Origin: Alphaproteobacteria bacterium
GTDB taxonomy: Bacteria > Pseudomonadota > Alphaproteobacteria > UBA7887
Length of the DNA stretch: 64,000 bases
Assembly: GCA_965216755.1 (NCBI GenBank)
Contig: CBDCGL010000011.1
Span: forward strand, 2,976,001 to 3,040,000
Reading direction: 5' to 3'
Positions 19,781 to 28,615 of the stretch are shown here, in pieces. The first letter of the stretch is position 1, and the number at the start of each line of letters is the position of its first letter. The position numbers were made by a program, and so were the translations under genes. Under the pieces are notes generated by a model, which worked only from the letters and a program-made list of their open reading frames with translations, did no database searches and had not been told where the DNA came from.

Positions 19781-19830
19781 GCTTTAGCTTTGGTGTCGCG
19801 GTGCAAGCTGCCCGATCAAATGCCGCGGAT
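19781..19830 (-). ncRNA. SAM-II (SAM-alpha) riboswitch
   Basis: Minus strand CGCGG-C-ATTTG...CTTGCA-CCGCG...GCTAAAG fits the SAM-II pseudoknot pattern; 5' of metZ; followed by a CCACGGG/CCCGTGG hairpin. Confidence 0.85.
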
Positions 19831-19916
19831 CCAATTCCGGCATGACGCGTTTCGGCGCCACCCAGGGCTGGTCAAACCCGGCGCGCACGTCACACTGTGT
19901 ACGCCACGCGTTTCCT

Positions 19917-19944
19917 TGATGACGAAGTTACCACAGACTGTCAA
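19917..19944 (-). promoter_or_regulatory. Putative sigma70 promoter for the metZ leader
   Basis: TTGACA on the minus strand at 19944-19939, with a weak -10 element, upstream of the riboswitch. Confidence 0.35.
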
Positions 19945-20181
19945 GTTTGGCGGGAGATCGCGATTATGCGGATACGCTAATAATTAATAAGCTATTGCGT
20001 CGGGCGGCCCCGAAGGCGGGAGCGATTAGCCTCCGGGGCCGTGACGGACTCTCATGATGCGCAAGCACTATACCCCACCATGTGGCGGTGCCGGCGTGAC
20101 ATTGCGGAATCAAAAACAGGCGCCGGAATGCAGGGCCTGTGACATGGCGGGCGGCGCCGCACGCCGGCCAAATACGGCAAG

Positions 20182-20197
20182 TGTGGGGCTTGTCACA
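20182..20197. promoter_or_regulatory. CRP-family binding-site-like palindrome
   Basis: TGTGG-GGCTTG-TCACA (9/10), about 60 bp upstream of the enoyl-CoA hydratase start. Confidence 0.35.
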
Positions 20198-20258
20198 TGA
20201 CCGGCGACAAGTGCATGGTGCTGAAATACCGGGCAATGGAACATAGAGGAGGCTGACG

Positions 20259-21014
20259 ATGGGGTCCGTGTTGGTAGCGTCGACGCCGCGGCCCGGCGTG
20301 CGCGCTCTGGAAATCAATCGGCCGGAAAAGCGCAACGCACTCAGCAACACCGTTATCGGCGCGTTGGCCGACGCCATCACCGTTGCCCAGGACGACGATG
20401 AACTCGGGTGTCTGGTGATCAGCGGCCGCGGTGGCGTTTTTTCGGCCGGGGCGGACATTGCCGAAATGAACGCGCGCGGTGTCGCCGCGATCGACAATCG
20501 GGTACGGATGGACGGTTGGCACATTATTGAGAATTGTCCCAAACCCGTGATCGCGGCGGTTGAAGGCTATGCTTTTGGCGGCGGCAACGAATTGGCGATG
20601 ACCGCGGACTTCATCGTCGCGGCGGCGGATGCGCGGTTCGGTCAGCCGGAAATCAACCTTGGCATTCTGCCGGGTGATGGCGGCACGCAAAGATTGACTC
20701 GCGCTGTCGGCAAGGCACTGGCGATGCGCATGATGCTGACCGGCGAACCCATTGACGCCGCAACCGCCCAACGCGCCGGCCTGGTCGCCGATATCGTGCC
20801 GGCCGGTCAGGCGCTGAGCCGCGCCCTTGACGTCGCCGAAGTGATCGCGACCAAGAACCCTATTGGCACCGCCATGGTGAAACAGGCAGCCACGGCGGCT
20901 TTCGAAGTGCCGCTGACGGCGGGCCTCGTCGCGGAACGCCAAGCCGTGCGGGTGGCCTTTGCGCGTGGCGCGCACGTCGACGCCATGGACGCGTTCGCCA
21001 GCAAGCGCCGCTAG
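20259..21014 (+). CDS. Enoyl-CoA hydratase/isomerase (crotonase family)
   Basis: NRPEKRNAL, FSAGADI, GGGNELA, FGQPE; GAGGAG RBS. Confidence 0.95.
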   Translation: MGSVLVASTPRPGVRALEINRPEKRNALSNTVIGALADAITVAQDDDELGCLVISGRGGVFSAGADIAEMNARGVAAIDNRVRMDGWHIIENCPKPVIAAVEGYAFGGGNELAMTADFIVAAADARFGQPEINLGILPGDGGTQRLTRAVGKALAMRMMLTGEPIDAATAQRAGLVADIVPAGQALSRALDVAEVIATKNPIGTAMVKQAATAAFEVPLTAGLVAERQAVRVAFARGAHVDAMDAFASKRR

Positions 21015-21057
21015 CCGGTGCTGGCTTGTGTATTAACGATAGGAACGGACGAGGGTG

Positions 21058-21498
21058 ATGAGCGAATTCCATGTGCAAGTCGGCGATACGGTAACCTTCA
21101 GCAAAACCGTGGGCGAAAGTGACATCTATCTGTTTGCCGGCATTACCGGCGATCTTTCCGGCAATCACGTGAACGAGGAATATATGCGCGATTCGTCCTT
21201 TGGGCGGCGCATCGCCCATGGTGCGCTGATGGTCGGTTTCATGTCGACCACGTCGACCATGATGATCGAGCGCAGTGTGCGCCAAGGCATCAACGAAACG
21301 CCGGTTTCGCTCGGCTACGATGGCATTCGATTTTTGGCGCCGGTCTATATCAACGACACGGTCACCGTGACCTACACGATCGATTCGATCGATCCATCCA
21401 AGCGCCGGTCGCGCTCGCGGATCGAGGTGCGCAACCAGAATGACGCGCTGGTCGCGGTCGGCCAACATCACCTGAAGTGGGTGGCCAACAGCGCCTGA
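21058..21498 (+). CDS. MaoC-family (R)-hydratase/dehydratase
   Basis: FAGITGD...H, RIAHG, RFLAPV. Confidence 0.92.
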   Translation: MSEFHVQVGDTVTFSKTVGESDIYLFAGITGDLSGNHVNEEYMRDSSFGRRIAHGALMVGFMSTTSTMMIERSVRQGINETPVSLGYDGIRFLAPVYINDTVTVTYTIDSIDPSKRRSRSRIEVRNQNDALVAVGQHHLKWVANSA

Positions 21499-21613
21499 AT
21501 TCGTGCCATGCATCGTGGTAGGGAGGTGCCGTGGTTGGTTCGGATCATGGCGACGTCGCAGCGATCAATGATAATTGCCGAAAATTAGCAATAAATGAGA
21601 TGGAACGACGGCA

Positions 21614-21802
21614 ATGTCTTGGCTTGCGGCCTTCTTTCGAGACGACTCTGGTCTGACATCGACCGAATATGCGTTTATCGCCGCATTGGTCTCTGTCGCC
21701 GGCATCATCGGCTATCAGATGCTCGGCGGTTCGGTTCTCGCCACGATGCAAGGAATCGTCACCAAACTTTCGGCAGCCGAGCAGACCGCGACGGGTCCAT
21801 AG
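21614..21802 (+). CDS. flp: Flp/Fap type IVb pilin
   Basis: Prepilin motif DDSG|LTSTEY followed by a hydrophobic helix; 62 aa. Confidence 0.88.
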   Translation: MSWLAAFFRDDSGLTSTEYAFIAALVSVAGIIGYQMLGGSVLATMQGIVTKLSAAEQTATGP

Positions 21803-21871
21803 CCCAAGTCGCGCGCGCCGCGAAGCATTTTTGTCAAAAAAATGAAATTGGCGTGTCGGCGGACACCGGCG

Positions 21872-22372
21872 TTACGCCGCGTGACGTGACGCCAGCTCGG
21901 CGACCAGCGACTGCAGGTCGCCGGAAATGAGGTTCATCAGCCGGGCGCGTGTGCCGGGCTCGGCGAAATACCATCCGCCGCGCGCCAGGGCTTGGTTGTC
22001 GGCCTGGCTCTGTTCCAGGCGCGCCTGGCGCCAAGGTTCCCACCGCGCGGGGTCCGCCGCAAAGGCGGCATGAGCGCTGGTTTGGGCTTCGGCCAGTGCG
22101 GCGCCGGCGTCACCGCCGGTATCGCGCACCTCGCGGTAGTCACAAAGGGCTGCGGGGGTCAAATCCAAGGCACGCGCCAACGCTTCGTCATAGCTGTCGT
22201 TGGGCATGCACAGCCCGGCCGAATCGAGTAAAAACATCAGGGCGCGTTTGATCGTTTCGGCATCCGCGCGACGGTCCGGATCGGCCAGCTCCGCTTCGGC
22301 TGCCCGGGTGGCAAACGCGACGTCCAAGAGCAGCAAGCGCTCGATCAGGGCATCGGGCACGGTCGCGACCAT
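21872..22372 (-). CDS. Hypothetical alpha-helical protein
   Basis: Ala/Leu-rich ORF with GGAG before ATG 22372; no recognised motif. Confidence 0.6.
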   Translation of the reverse strand: MVATVPDALIERLLLLDVAFATRAAEAELADPDRRADAETIKRALMFLLDSAGLCMPNDSYDEALARALDLTPAALCDYREVRDTGGDAGAALAEAQTSAHAAFAADPARWEPWRQARLEQSQADNQALARGGWYFAEPGTRARLMNLISGDLQSLVAELASRHAA

Positions 22373-22554
22373 CGGGCACTCCAAAAGAAATCGAGGCACG
22401 GACCGACACGATGGCAGGCAAAACGCGACCCTGCCGCCATGTCACCGGTCATGGCATCAGACACGCGCAGCGCCCGGCAGGTGCCGGTATTGTCGATGAA
22501 TATTTGGCCGGTCCCGAGCCTTTCCCTATGGAATTGCGCCCAAACTCGATCGCG

Positions 22555-22570
22555 TGTGATCGGCGTCACA
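22555..22570. promoter_or_regulatory. Perfect CRP-consensus palindrome upstream of the second flp
   Basis: CG-TGTGA-TCGGCG-TCACA-CG. Confidence 0.6.
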
Positions 22571-22691
22571 CGGAATTCCAGGTTGAGCAGGCATCATTAG
22601 TGGGTCCGGTTGCATCGCGCCAAGAAGCCCATGCGGTTTTACCGCCGCGATGGTGTCGTGATCGCTATCGACCAAGGGATGGAGACGCAAA

Positions 22692-22892
22692 ATGCCACGC
22701 CAATGTTATCGCCAAATAGGCGCCGCGTTTTCTCGGTTTTTGAATGATGAAGCGGGTGCGACGGCGCTCGAATACGGTTTTCTCATCGCCTTGGTTTCGA
22801 TTGTCTTGATCAGCGCATTGCAGTCTTTCGGATCAACCTTGATCGGTGTGTTCTTGCCGATCGGAGATGAATTGAGCAACTCGGTATCCTGA
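22692..22892 (+). CDS. flp: Flp/Fap type IVb pilin
   Basis: FLNDEAG|ATALEYGFLIALV; GGAG RBS; 66 aa. Confidence 0.9.
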   Translation: MPRQCYRQIGAAFSRFLNDEAGATALEYGFLIALVSIVLISALQSFGSTLIGVFLPIGDELSNSVS

Positions 22893-23210
22893 TCCTTTGG
22901 CGGCGGCAAAATGCCGGGGTCGCGGCGTGCCGATACGCTGGCGGGGGCCCTGAGTCGCAAAAATCGGCGGTTCGCGGGCGGTATATCGGGCCGCCAATCC
23001 ATGCAATACGCGCATTCAACACGACATGCTTGGCATTTGCCGCAAGACCCGTACTCTCCACATACAGACGGTTGCGGTGCTCCCTTGCCGCTGCCGGTTC
23101 ATCATAGACGTATCGCATCATTTTGATGTCGAAGGCGCATATGCTGTGCGTCACGGTGGAGTGGACCCTGTTGCGCTGGGAAGGGCCGCAAGGGCGCCGG
23201 AGGCTTCGGA

Positions 23211-23522
23211 TTGGCAAATCGACCAGACAAGAACGACGAAGAACGGCTCTATCAGAAATTCCAAGAACAGGATTGGATCAGTCGCGGCAAGGCCCAGGCC
23301 AGCCGCACACAGCCGCGCGCCGACGAAACGCCCGCGGTCCCAACGGCACAGGGGGCGCCATCGATCCCGGATGCGGACTGCGATAGCCAGATCGATGCGG
23401 CGGAACCAATCCTCGACAAGTATATCGCCGCGGCACGATGGTCGGCGATTGCCGCAAGCGCGTGCGCAGTCGCAGCCTTTTGCGCGGCCATCTCGGCAAT
23501 ATTCACAATCGCAATATCTTAG
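23211..23522 (+). CDS. Hypothetical protein with C-terminal TM anchor
   Basis: GGAGG before a TTG start; charged N-terminus, hydrophobic C-terminus. Confidence 0.5.
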   Translation: MANRPDKNDEERLYQKFQEQDWISRGKAQASRTQPRADETPAVPTAQGAPSIPDADCDSQIDAAEPILDKYIAAARWSAIAASACAVAAFCAAISAIFTIAIS

Positions 23523-23821
23523 ATTCGTTGATGCCAATTGCGTTTCATGCGAACGCCTATACCAACGCATCATGCATTCTAAAGATGCAAGTAGTGTAAG
23601 AGCTGCGCGGGCGGAAATAGCACCTACGGTTCATTGAATTCGCCGAACGAATTGTTTTCCGATTTTCGGAGTTGGTTGATTATCGCTCCATTGGATTGAT
23701 TGTGTTGCTTTTGCAGCACGTTTGGGTGCATTTTTCGAAATGAACATATGCGCAAAGTGGGTACTTCATGCTGACGAATCAGGATTATGTTCCGGCGAAG
23801 AAGAGCCATAGGCAGCTTGCA

Positions 23822-24496
23822 ATGCGAATTTTGGTTGCGGACGATCACGCGATCTACAGAGCCGGCTTGACGCCCCTGCTCGATCAGCTCGGCGATGATG
23901 TCGAAGTCCGGGAAGCCGGCAGCTTTGACGAGGCCGTGGATTTGTTGGCCAAGGATTCGGGCTATGATTTGATTGTTCTGGATCTGCTAATGCCGTCCAT
24001 GGGGCGTTTCGAAGGTCTGGAGGCGGTGCGACGCGCGGCCCCGGATGTGCCGTTAATTGTGGTGTCGATGATCGAAGCACGGCGCGACGTGTTGCGCGCT
24101 GTTGAGCTGGGAGCCATGGGATACATCCCGAAGACTGCCAGCGGCACCGACATTCTCAAGGCCGTGCGCCGGGTGCTGGACGGCGAAATCTGGATTCCAA
24201 AGGCGCTGCTGGAAGGCGAGGATGAGTCGCCGCCGCTGCCGATCCAGGAGCCAGCACTGACCTACGACGAACTGCCCGAAAATGATCCTCGTGCCCGGCT
24301 GACCGGCCGCCAGCGGCAGGTCTTGTCGATGTTGGCCGAAGGCATGCCGAACGCCGAAATCGCCGACCGTTTGTCTTTGTCAGAGAACACCGTCAAGCTC
24401 TACGTGTCGGCAGTTTTGAAAGCGCTGAATGTCTCCAACCGAACGGAGGCGGCCTTGTTGGCCGCGAATTTGGAGAAGAACGTGCGGCGCCATTAG
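23822..24496 (+). CDS. NarL/LuxR-family response regulator
   Basis: ILVADDH, LDLLMP, GYIPK; HTH LTGRQRQVL...NAEIA..L.LSENTVK. Confidence 0.95.
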   Translation: MRILVADDHAIYRAGLTPLLDQLGDDVEVREAGSFDEAVDLLAKDSGYDLIVLDLLMPSMGRFEGLEAVRRAAPDVPLIVVSMIEARRDVLRAVELGAMGYIPKTASGTDILKAVRRVLDGEIWIPKALLEGEDESPPLPIQEPALTYDELPENDPRARLTGRQRQVLSMLAEGMPNAEIADRLSLSENTVKLYVSAVLKALNVSNRTEAALLAANLEKNVRRH

Positions 24497-24508
24497 ACTT
24501 TCAGTTCT

Positions 24509-24606
24509 CTCGGTGACTCGGTGACAGTTTACTAAATACACTACGTTTTGGGTATCGAGTTTGTTGTCCACCATATTTGGTGTATTTAGTAAACTGTCAC
24601 CGAAAT
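24509..24606. repeat. REPIN-like inverted-repeat doublet, copy 2 (opposite orientation to copy 1)
   Basis: TCGGTGACAGTTTACTAAATACAC (24518-24541) and its exact reverse complement (24580-24603), 38-bp spacer, 8-bp stutter CTCGGTGA; between convergent genes. Confidence 0.9.
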
Positions 24607-24613
24607 TTTGGAA

Positions 24614-25780
24614 TTAGGGGTCGGCACGCACCGCGGTTTCTAACGCTGTCCGTAATCTCGCCGGGTCAATTGGTTTTTGAAGGACCAGAATATCGGGGTC
24701 TTGTTCGTCGTGGTCGACCGGGTCGCCGGTAATGATTAGGGCCGGGATGGCGCGGCCCGCCGCCCGGCGTAGGCGGTGAATTGTTTCCAAGCCTGAGGCA
24801 CCGGGCAGGCGCCGGTCCGCGACGACCACGTCCAACGGTGTCGTCAGTGCCGCCGCAGCGGCGAGAGCCTCCATCGACGACGAAGCTGGAACGACGACGG
24901 CACCCCAATGCTCCAGCAGTGTGGTGGTCGCGTCCAGCACCGCGCCGTCATCTTCAACGACCATGATTGTGCGTCCGTCAAGCTGACCCGCGCGGGCCCG
25001 CCGCAGTTGCGCAACATGCTGGTCTGGTGTGCCACGGTCGACGCACGGCAGACGCAGGGCAAAAAGCGACCCACGGCTCGCTACGGAACGGACAACGATT
25101 TCATGGCCAAGTAATTCGGCCAAACGGTCGGCAATGGCCAAACCCAAGCCGAGACCACTTTCGGCCGCCGTGGTTGGTAGGCGCCGAAAGGCTTCGAAGG
25201 TCGTCGCGATCTTGTCATCCGGAATGCCGATACCGGTGTCCCAGACTTCGATTTGGCAGCTGTCCCCGTGACGTCGCAAACCCACCAATATGCGCCCGCG
25301 ATCGGTAAAACGAATGGCATTGGCGACAAAGATCGCAATGATCCGTTCGGCCCAAATTGGATCGGAATCAAGCACCAGGCGCGACGGTACAGTGCGCAGC
25401 GACAGTCCCTTGACCTCGGCGCGGCCGCGATGCGATGCGGCGATACCATCGAGCAGACGTTGTGCCCGGAACGGCTCGACATCGGGTTGGATCGTGCCGG
25501 CTTCAAGGCGGCTCAGATCGATCAGCGACGTGAGCAGCTCATCGGTGGTTCGGGCGGCCAACTCCATGCGATCGAGCAAACGGTTCCGCGCGGTCGTGTC
25601 CATTTCGTTGCGTGCGGCGTCGAGCAGCAAATGCACGGCCTGAAGCGGTTGACGAATGTCGTGGGCCGCGGCCGCGAACAAGCCCAACCCAGCCGTCGCG
25701 GTATAGCCACTTGTCGCGTCGGTGCCAGCGTCGTCTCTTGTCGGCATTTGCGGATCGCCTCTGTTGGGATGTTGTTCCAT
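24614..25780 (-). CDS. Cytoplasmic hybrid histidine kinase (HisKA-HATPase-REC) with no sensor domain
   Basis: AHDIRQPL H-box, NAIRFT, DTGIGI, GLGLGLAI, REC domain VVEDD...ADRRL...KP. Confidence 0.9.
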   Translation of the reverse strand: MEQHPNRGDPQMPTRDDAGTDATSGYTATAGLGLFAAAAHDIRQPLQAVHLLLDAARNEMDTTARNRLLDRMELAARTTDELLTSLIDLSRLEAGTIQPDVEPFRAQRLLDGIAASHRGRAEVKGLSLRTVPSRLVLDSDPIWAERIIAIFVANAIRFTDRGRILVGLRRHGDSCQIEVWDTGIGIPDDKIATTFEAFRRLPTTAAESGLGLGLAIADRLAELLGHEIVVRSVASRGSLFALRLPCVDRGTPDQHVAQLRRARAGQLDGRTIMVVEDDGAVLDATTTLLEHWGAVVVPASSSMEALAAAAALTTPLDVVVADRRLPGASGLETIHRLRRAAGRAIPALIITGDPVDHDEQDPDILVLQKPIDPARLRTALETAVRADP

Positions 25781-26057
25781 ATGCGTAGACGGTCGCGCCG
25801 TTTCTACCTTGATCTAAGTGTGGGTAATTCGGCGGGCACCGGGCCAAAAGGATCACGTCTCCGGGTACAATTTGCGCAGAGCAGAGGCAACTTAGGCGCG
25901 CCGAGCATGGCTCCCCAGCGCAATCGATCAGTTGATTTGCGGCCGTCAGGTAAAGTATCACCCTCGCGCAGACGTGCTGCTCTGCGTATTTTTCGACCGC
26001 CGCGGACACGCGGACTTAGAGTGAGCAACGTACAGCGTGCCCGCAGAACTTCGCATA

Positions 26058-27743
26058 ATGGCTAGGCTCCATGGTCGGGCCTCCAACCCGGGCGGCGCCG
26101 AGCGCGCACGCCGCGCGATGTGTGCGGCGGCGTTGGGCATGGCGCAATGGGTTGTCCTGCCGCCGGTATCCCACGCCGACGATGCCGCCCTGCTGCGGCG
26201 GATCGAGGAGCAGGATCGCACCATCGCCGACCAAGATGCGCGCATCGAAGAGCTGGAGCGGACGCTGCGCCAAGTCCTCGATCGTTTAGATGACGATGGT
26301 GCGGCAGTGGCTCCGGTCGCGGCGCCAACACAACAACCATCACAGCCGGCCCCCGAAGTCGCTAGGCCCGCCGAACCCACGCCATCGCAAGGCCCGCAAG
26401 GGACGCCCGCGCCAACAGCCGTGGACGCCGAAGCCACCGCGAACAAAGACGATGAATTTGATCCGTTCGCTCAGCCCACCGCGGCGCGCGCCTATGATCC
26501 AGAGCGAGGCTTTTTCGGCCCCCTGCCGCGCCTGAAAACAGATGATGGCCGCTATTCGATCGGTCTGTTCGGCTTGTTGGAGACCGATGTGGCGTTGTAC
26601 GACCAAGACGCCCAGGGCGACAATGAAACCACGCAGTCCCTGGCCGCGGACCTGTCCAGCGGGAGTGGCCTCAGGCGCGCCACGCTGGGCGTCAGCGGCC
26701 TGATCGACCGCGACTGGATTTACGCGTTTTCCTATGACTTCGCCGATCGTGGCGAAACACCCGCAGATGGCATCCGCGCCGGTTTGGTCATTTACCGCGG
26801 CTTCGACCCGATTTGGCTGGTCGCCGGTCAACAGGGCAATAGTGTTGGCATGGACGCTTCCACGCGATCGCCCGGCCGGCTGTTCATGGAAGCCGCGTCG
26901 CCCGCCAATCTCGCGTTTGCCGCCGGCACGCCGACCCTCGGCTTGTCCGGTGTGCTCCGTACCAAAAACTATTTTGGCCGCGTGGGCGTGTTCGGCGAGC
27001 CGCTCGACAAGACTTCAGACAGTGACGAGGGTTGGGGCATCCATGGCCGCGGCGTATGGATACCTATTGCTGATCGGAACCGTACACTGGCACTCGGCGG
27101 TTCCGCCTTTTGGCGTGAACCCAATACCGAGCGTGGTGTTGGGAATGTGGGCAATGTCAGCGGCTTTCAGATCCGGTCACGGCCCAGTTTCACGATCGAT
27201 GACACCCGTTTGGTCGATACCGGCATTATTCCGCGAATAGACGATTACTACTATCTTGGCGCCGAAGCCGCCGCCGTTTATGGACCGTTCTCGCTGCAAG
27301 GCGAATACGCACATGTCGGCCTCAATCGCAAGAATGGTCCGAATGAGGTCGCGTTCCAAGATCTTGCTTTCGACGGTTACTATGTTCAGGGCAGCTATTT
27401 CCTGACCGGCGAATCGCGCAATTTCTATCCCCGGTTTGGGACGTTCTGGCGGGTTCAGCCGGCTTCCGACTTCAGCTTGTCGTCCGGCAATTGGGGCGCG
27501 TGGGAAGTGGCGTTGCGTTATAGCTCGTTGGATTTGGACGACGGCGTCGCCAACCTGGCAGGCGGTGGCATCCGCGGCGGCGTTTTGGAGAACTATTCCG
27601 TCGGGCTCAATTGGTATTTGAATGCTTTTGTGCGTGTGATGATGAACTACGTCCATTCGGACGCAGACAATCTCAGCGACACAGGCCTGAGCGAAGGCGA
27701 CGTGGTCGATTCCTTTGGCGTGCGTTTGCAAATCGAATGGTAG
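26058..27743 (+). CDS. OprO/OprP-family (phosphate/anion-selective) porin with N-terminal coiled coil
   Basis: Coiled coil plus Pro-rich linker; RRATLG, GPFSLQGEY, GYYVQGSYFLTGE, GAWEVALRYS.LDL, GLNWY; C-terminal Trp; start uncertain. Confidence 0.9.
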   Translation: MARLHGRASNPGGAERARRAMCAAALGMAQWVVLPPVSHADDAALLRRIEEQDRTIADQDARIEELERTLRQVLDRLDDDGAAVAPVAAPTQQPSQPAPEVARPAEPTPSQGPQGTPAPTAVDAEATANKDDEFDPFAQPTAARAYDPERGFFGPLPRLKTDDGRYSIGLFGLLETDVALYDQDAQGDNETTQSLAADLSSGSGLRRATLGVSGLIDRDWIYAFSYDFADRGETPADGIRAGLVIYRGFDPIWLVAGQQGNSVGMDASTRSPGRLFMEAASPANLAFAAGTPTLGLSGVLRTKNYFGRVGVFGEPLDKTSDSDEGWGIHGRGVWIPIADRNRTLALGGSAFWREPNTERGVGNVGNVSGFQIRSRPSFTIDDTRLVDTGIIPRIDDYYYLGAEAAAVYGPFSLQGEYAHVGLNRKNGPNEVAFQDLAFDGYYVQGSYFLTGESRNFYPRFGTFWRVQPASDFSLSSGNWGAWEVALRYSSLDLDDGVANLAGGGIRGGVLENYSVGLNWYLNAFVRVMMNYVHSDADNLSDTGLSEGDVVDSFGVRLQIEW

Positions 27744-27753
27744 TCGCGGTCCG

Positions 27754-28284
27754 CTACTCACCACCCAAATAAGGTCCCTCGCCCGCCAAACGGGCGAATT
27801 GGGTCGCGAAATTGGCCAGTGCTAGGCGTCCGGCTCCGGTGCGCGACAAGACCTTGCGGACGGTCCTACTGGCCTGGTCTGTTAGCCATACGCCGCGCAA
27901 CGCCTGATCTTGCGTCGAGGCGTCGACGGTCGCGCGCGTTGCCAGCGCGTTGGCCGGGAACGTCATGTTTGTGCTTGCGCTGGCCGCCGTGACGATCCAG
28001 GCCTGCGTCAATTCGCCAGTGTCCAAGGTGCGGTTGCCGTTGAAATCATAGGCCTCAAGCCAGCGTAACGGTGCAATAACGGTCGGCAGATAAAGCCGCG
28101 CGCTCGGCAGAACCGGATCACCGAAACCAATCTCGGGCAATGGTGCAACCACATCTGCCCACGCTTGCGCCGCACCACTATCCCCCGACAGCCACAGCGC
28201 GTCGACATCCAACCGCGGGTAGTTCTCGACCGCCACGCAGCCGGTGCCCAGCAGCAACAACCCGGCGACCACAAACTTCGTCAT
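27754..28284 (-). CDS. Putative lipoprotein with one EF-hand-like loop
   Basis: Hydrophobic signal ending GTG-C; loop DFNGNRTLDTGE has D1/N3/N5/D9/E12. Confidence 0.6.
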   Translation of the reverse strand: MTKFVVAGLLLLGTGCVAVENYPRLDVDALWLSGDSGAAQAWADVVAPLPEIGFGDPVLPSARLYLPTVIAPLRWLEAYDFNGNRTLDTGELTQAWIVTAASASTNMTFPANALATRATVDASTQDQALRGVWLTDQASRTVRKVLSRTGAGRLALANFATQFARLAGEGPYLGGE

Positions 28285-28453
28285 TCGCCGCTGGCGCGGC
28301 TGGATCGGTTGTTTTTTCACGCTAGATCCTTGTTTAGGACGAGGTCACAAACGACCGGAAGACGCGGACGGCAATTGCGCCGCGCGACCGATGGGGCAGA
28401 CTAAGCAATTGAACACGCCATTCCTATCGCCTGTTCGCGCCAATCCACTGGAT

Positions 28454-28609
28454 ATGTGCGAAAAGGTGCCTCAGGCATCCAAGTCCACGGACTTGGTGGC
28501 GGCGATTCGGGTTGAGGCCCTGGATCTTGCGGTGATACGCGCGATTCTCTTGGGGCAGGCCGGTGGCGCGGAGATTATTCGTTTTCCCAGGCGGCCCAAG
28601 ACCCCCTGA
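28454..28609 (+). CDS. Possible 51-aa small protein
   Basis: MCEKVPQ...LDLAVIRAILLGQAGGAEIIRFPRRPKTP; protein-like composition, fills the gap. Confidence 0.3.
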   Translation: MCEKVPQASKSTDLVAAIRVEALDLAVIRAILLGQAGGAEIIRFPRRPKTP

Positions 28610-28615
28610 TCGACA

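Noticed and set aside
22990-23090. Cys-rich reading frame (CGKCQACRVECAYC) on the minus strand
   Set aside because: No start codon between the upstream stops and the Cys cluster; it runs antisense into flp; probably chance
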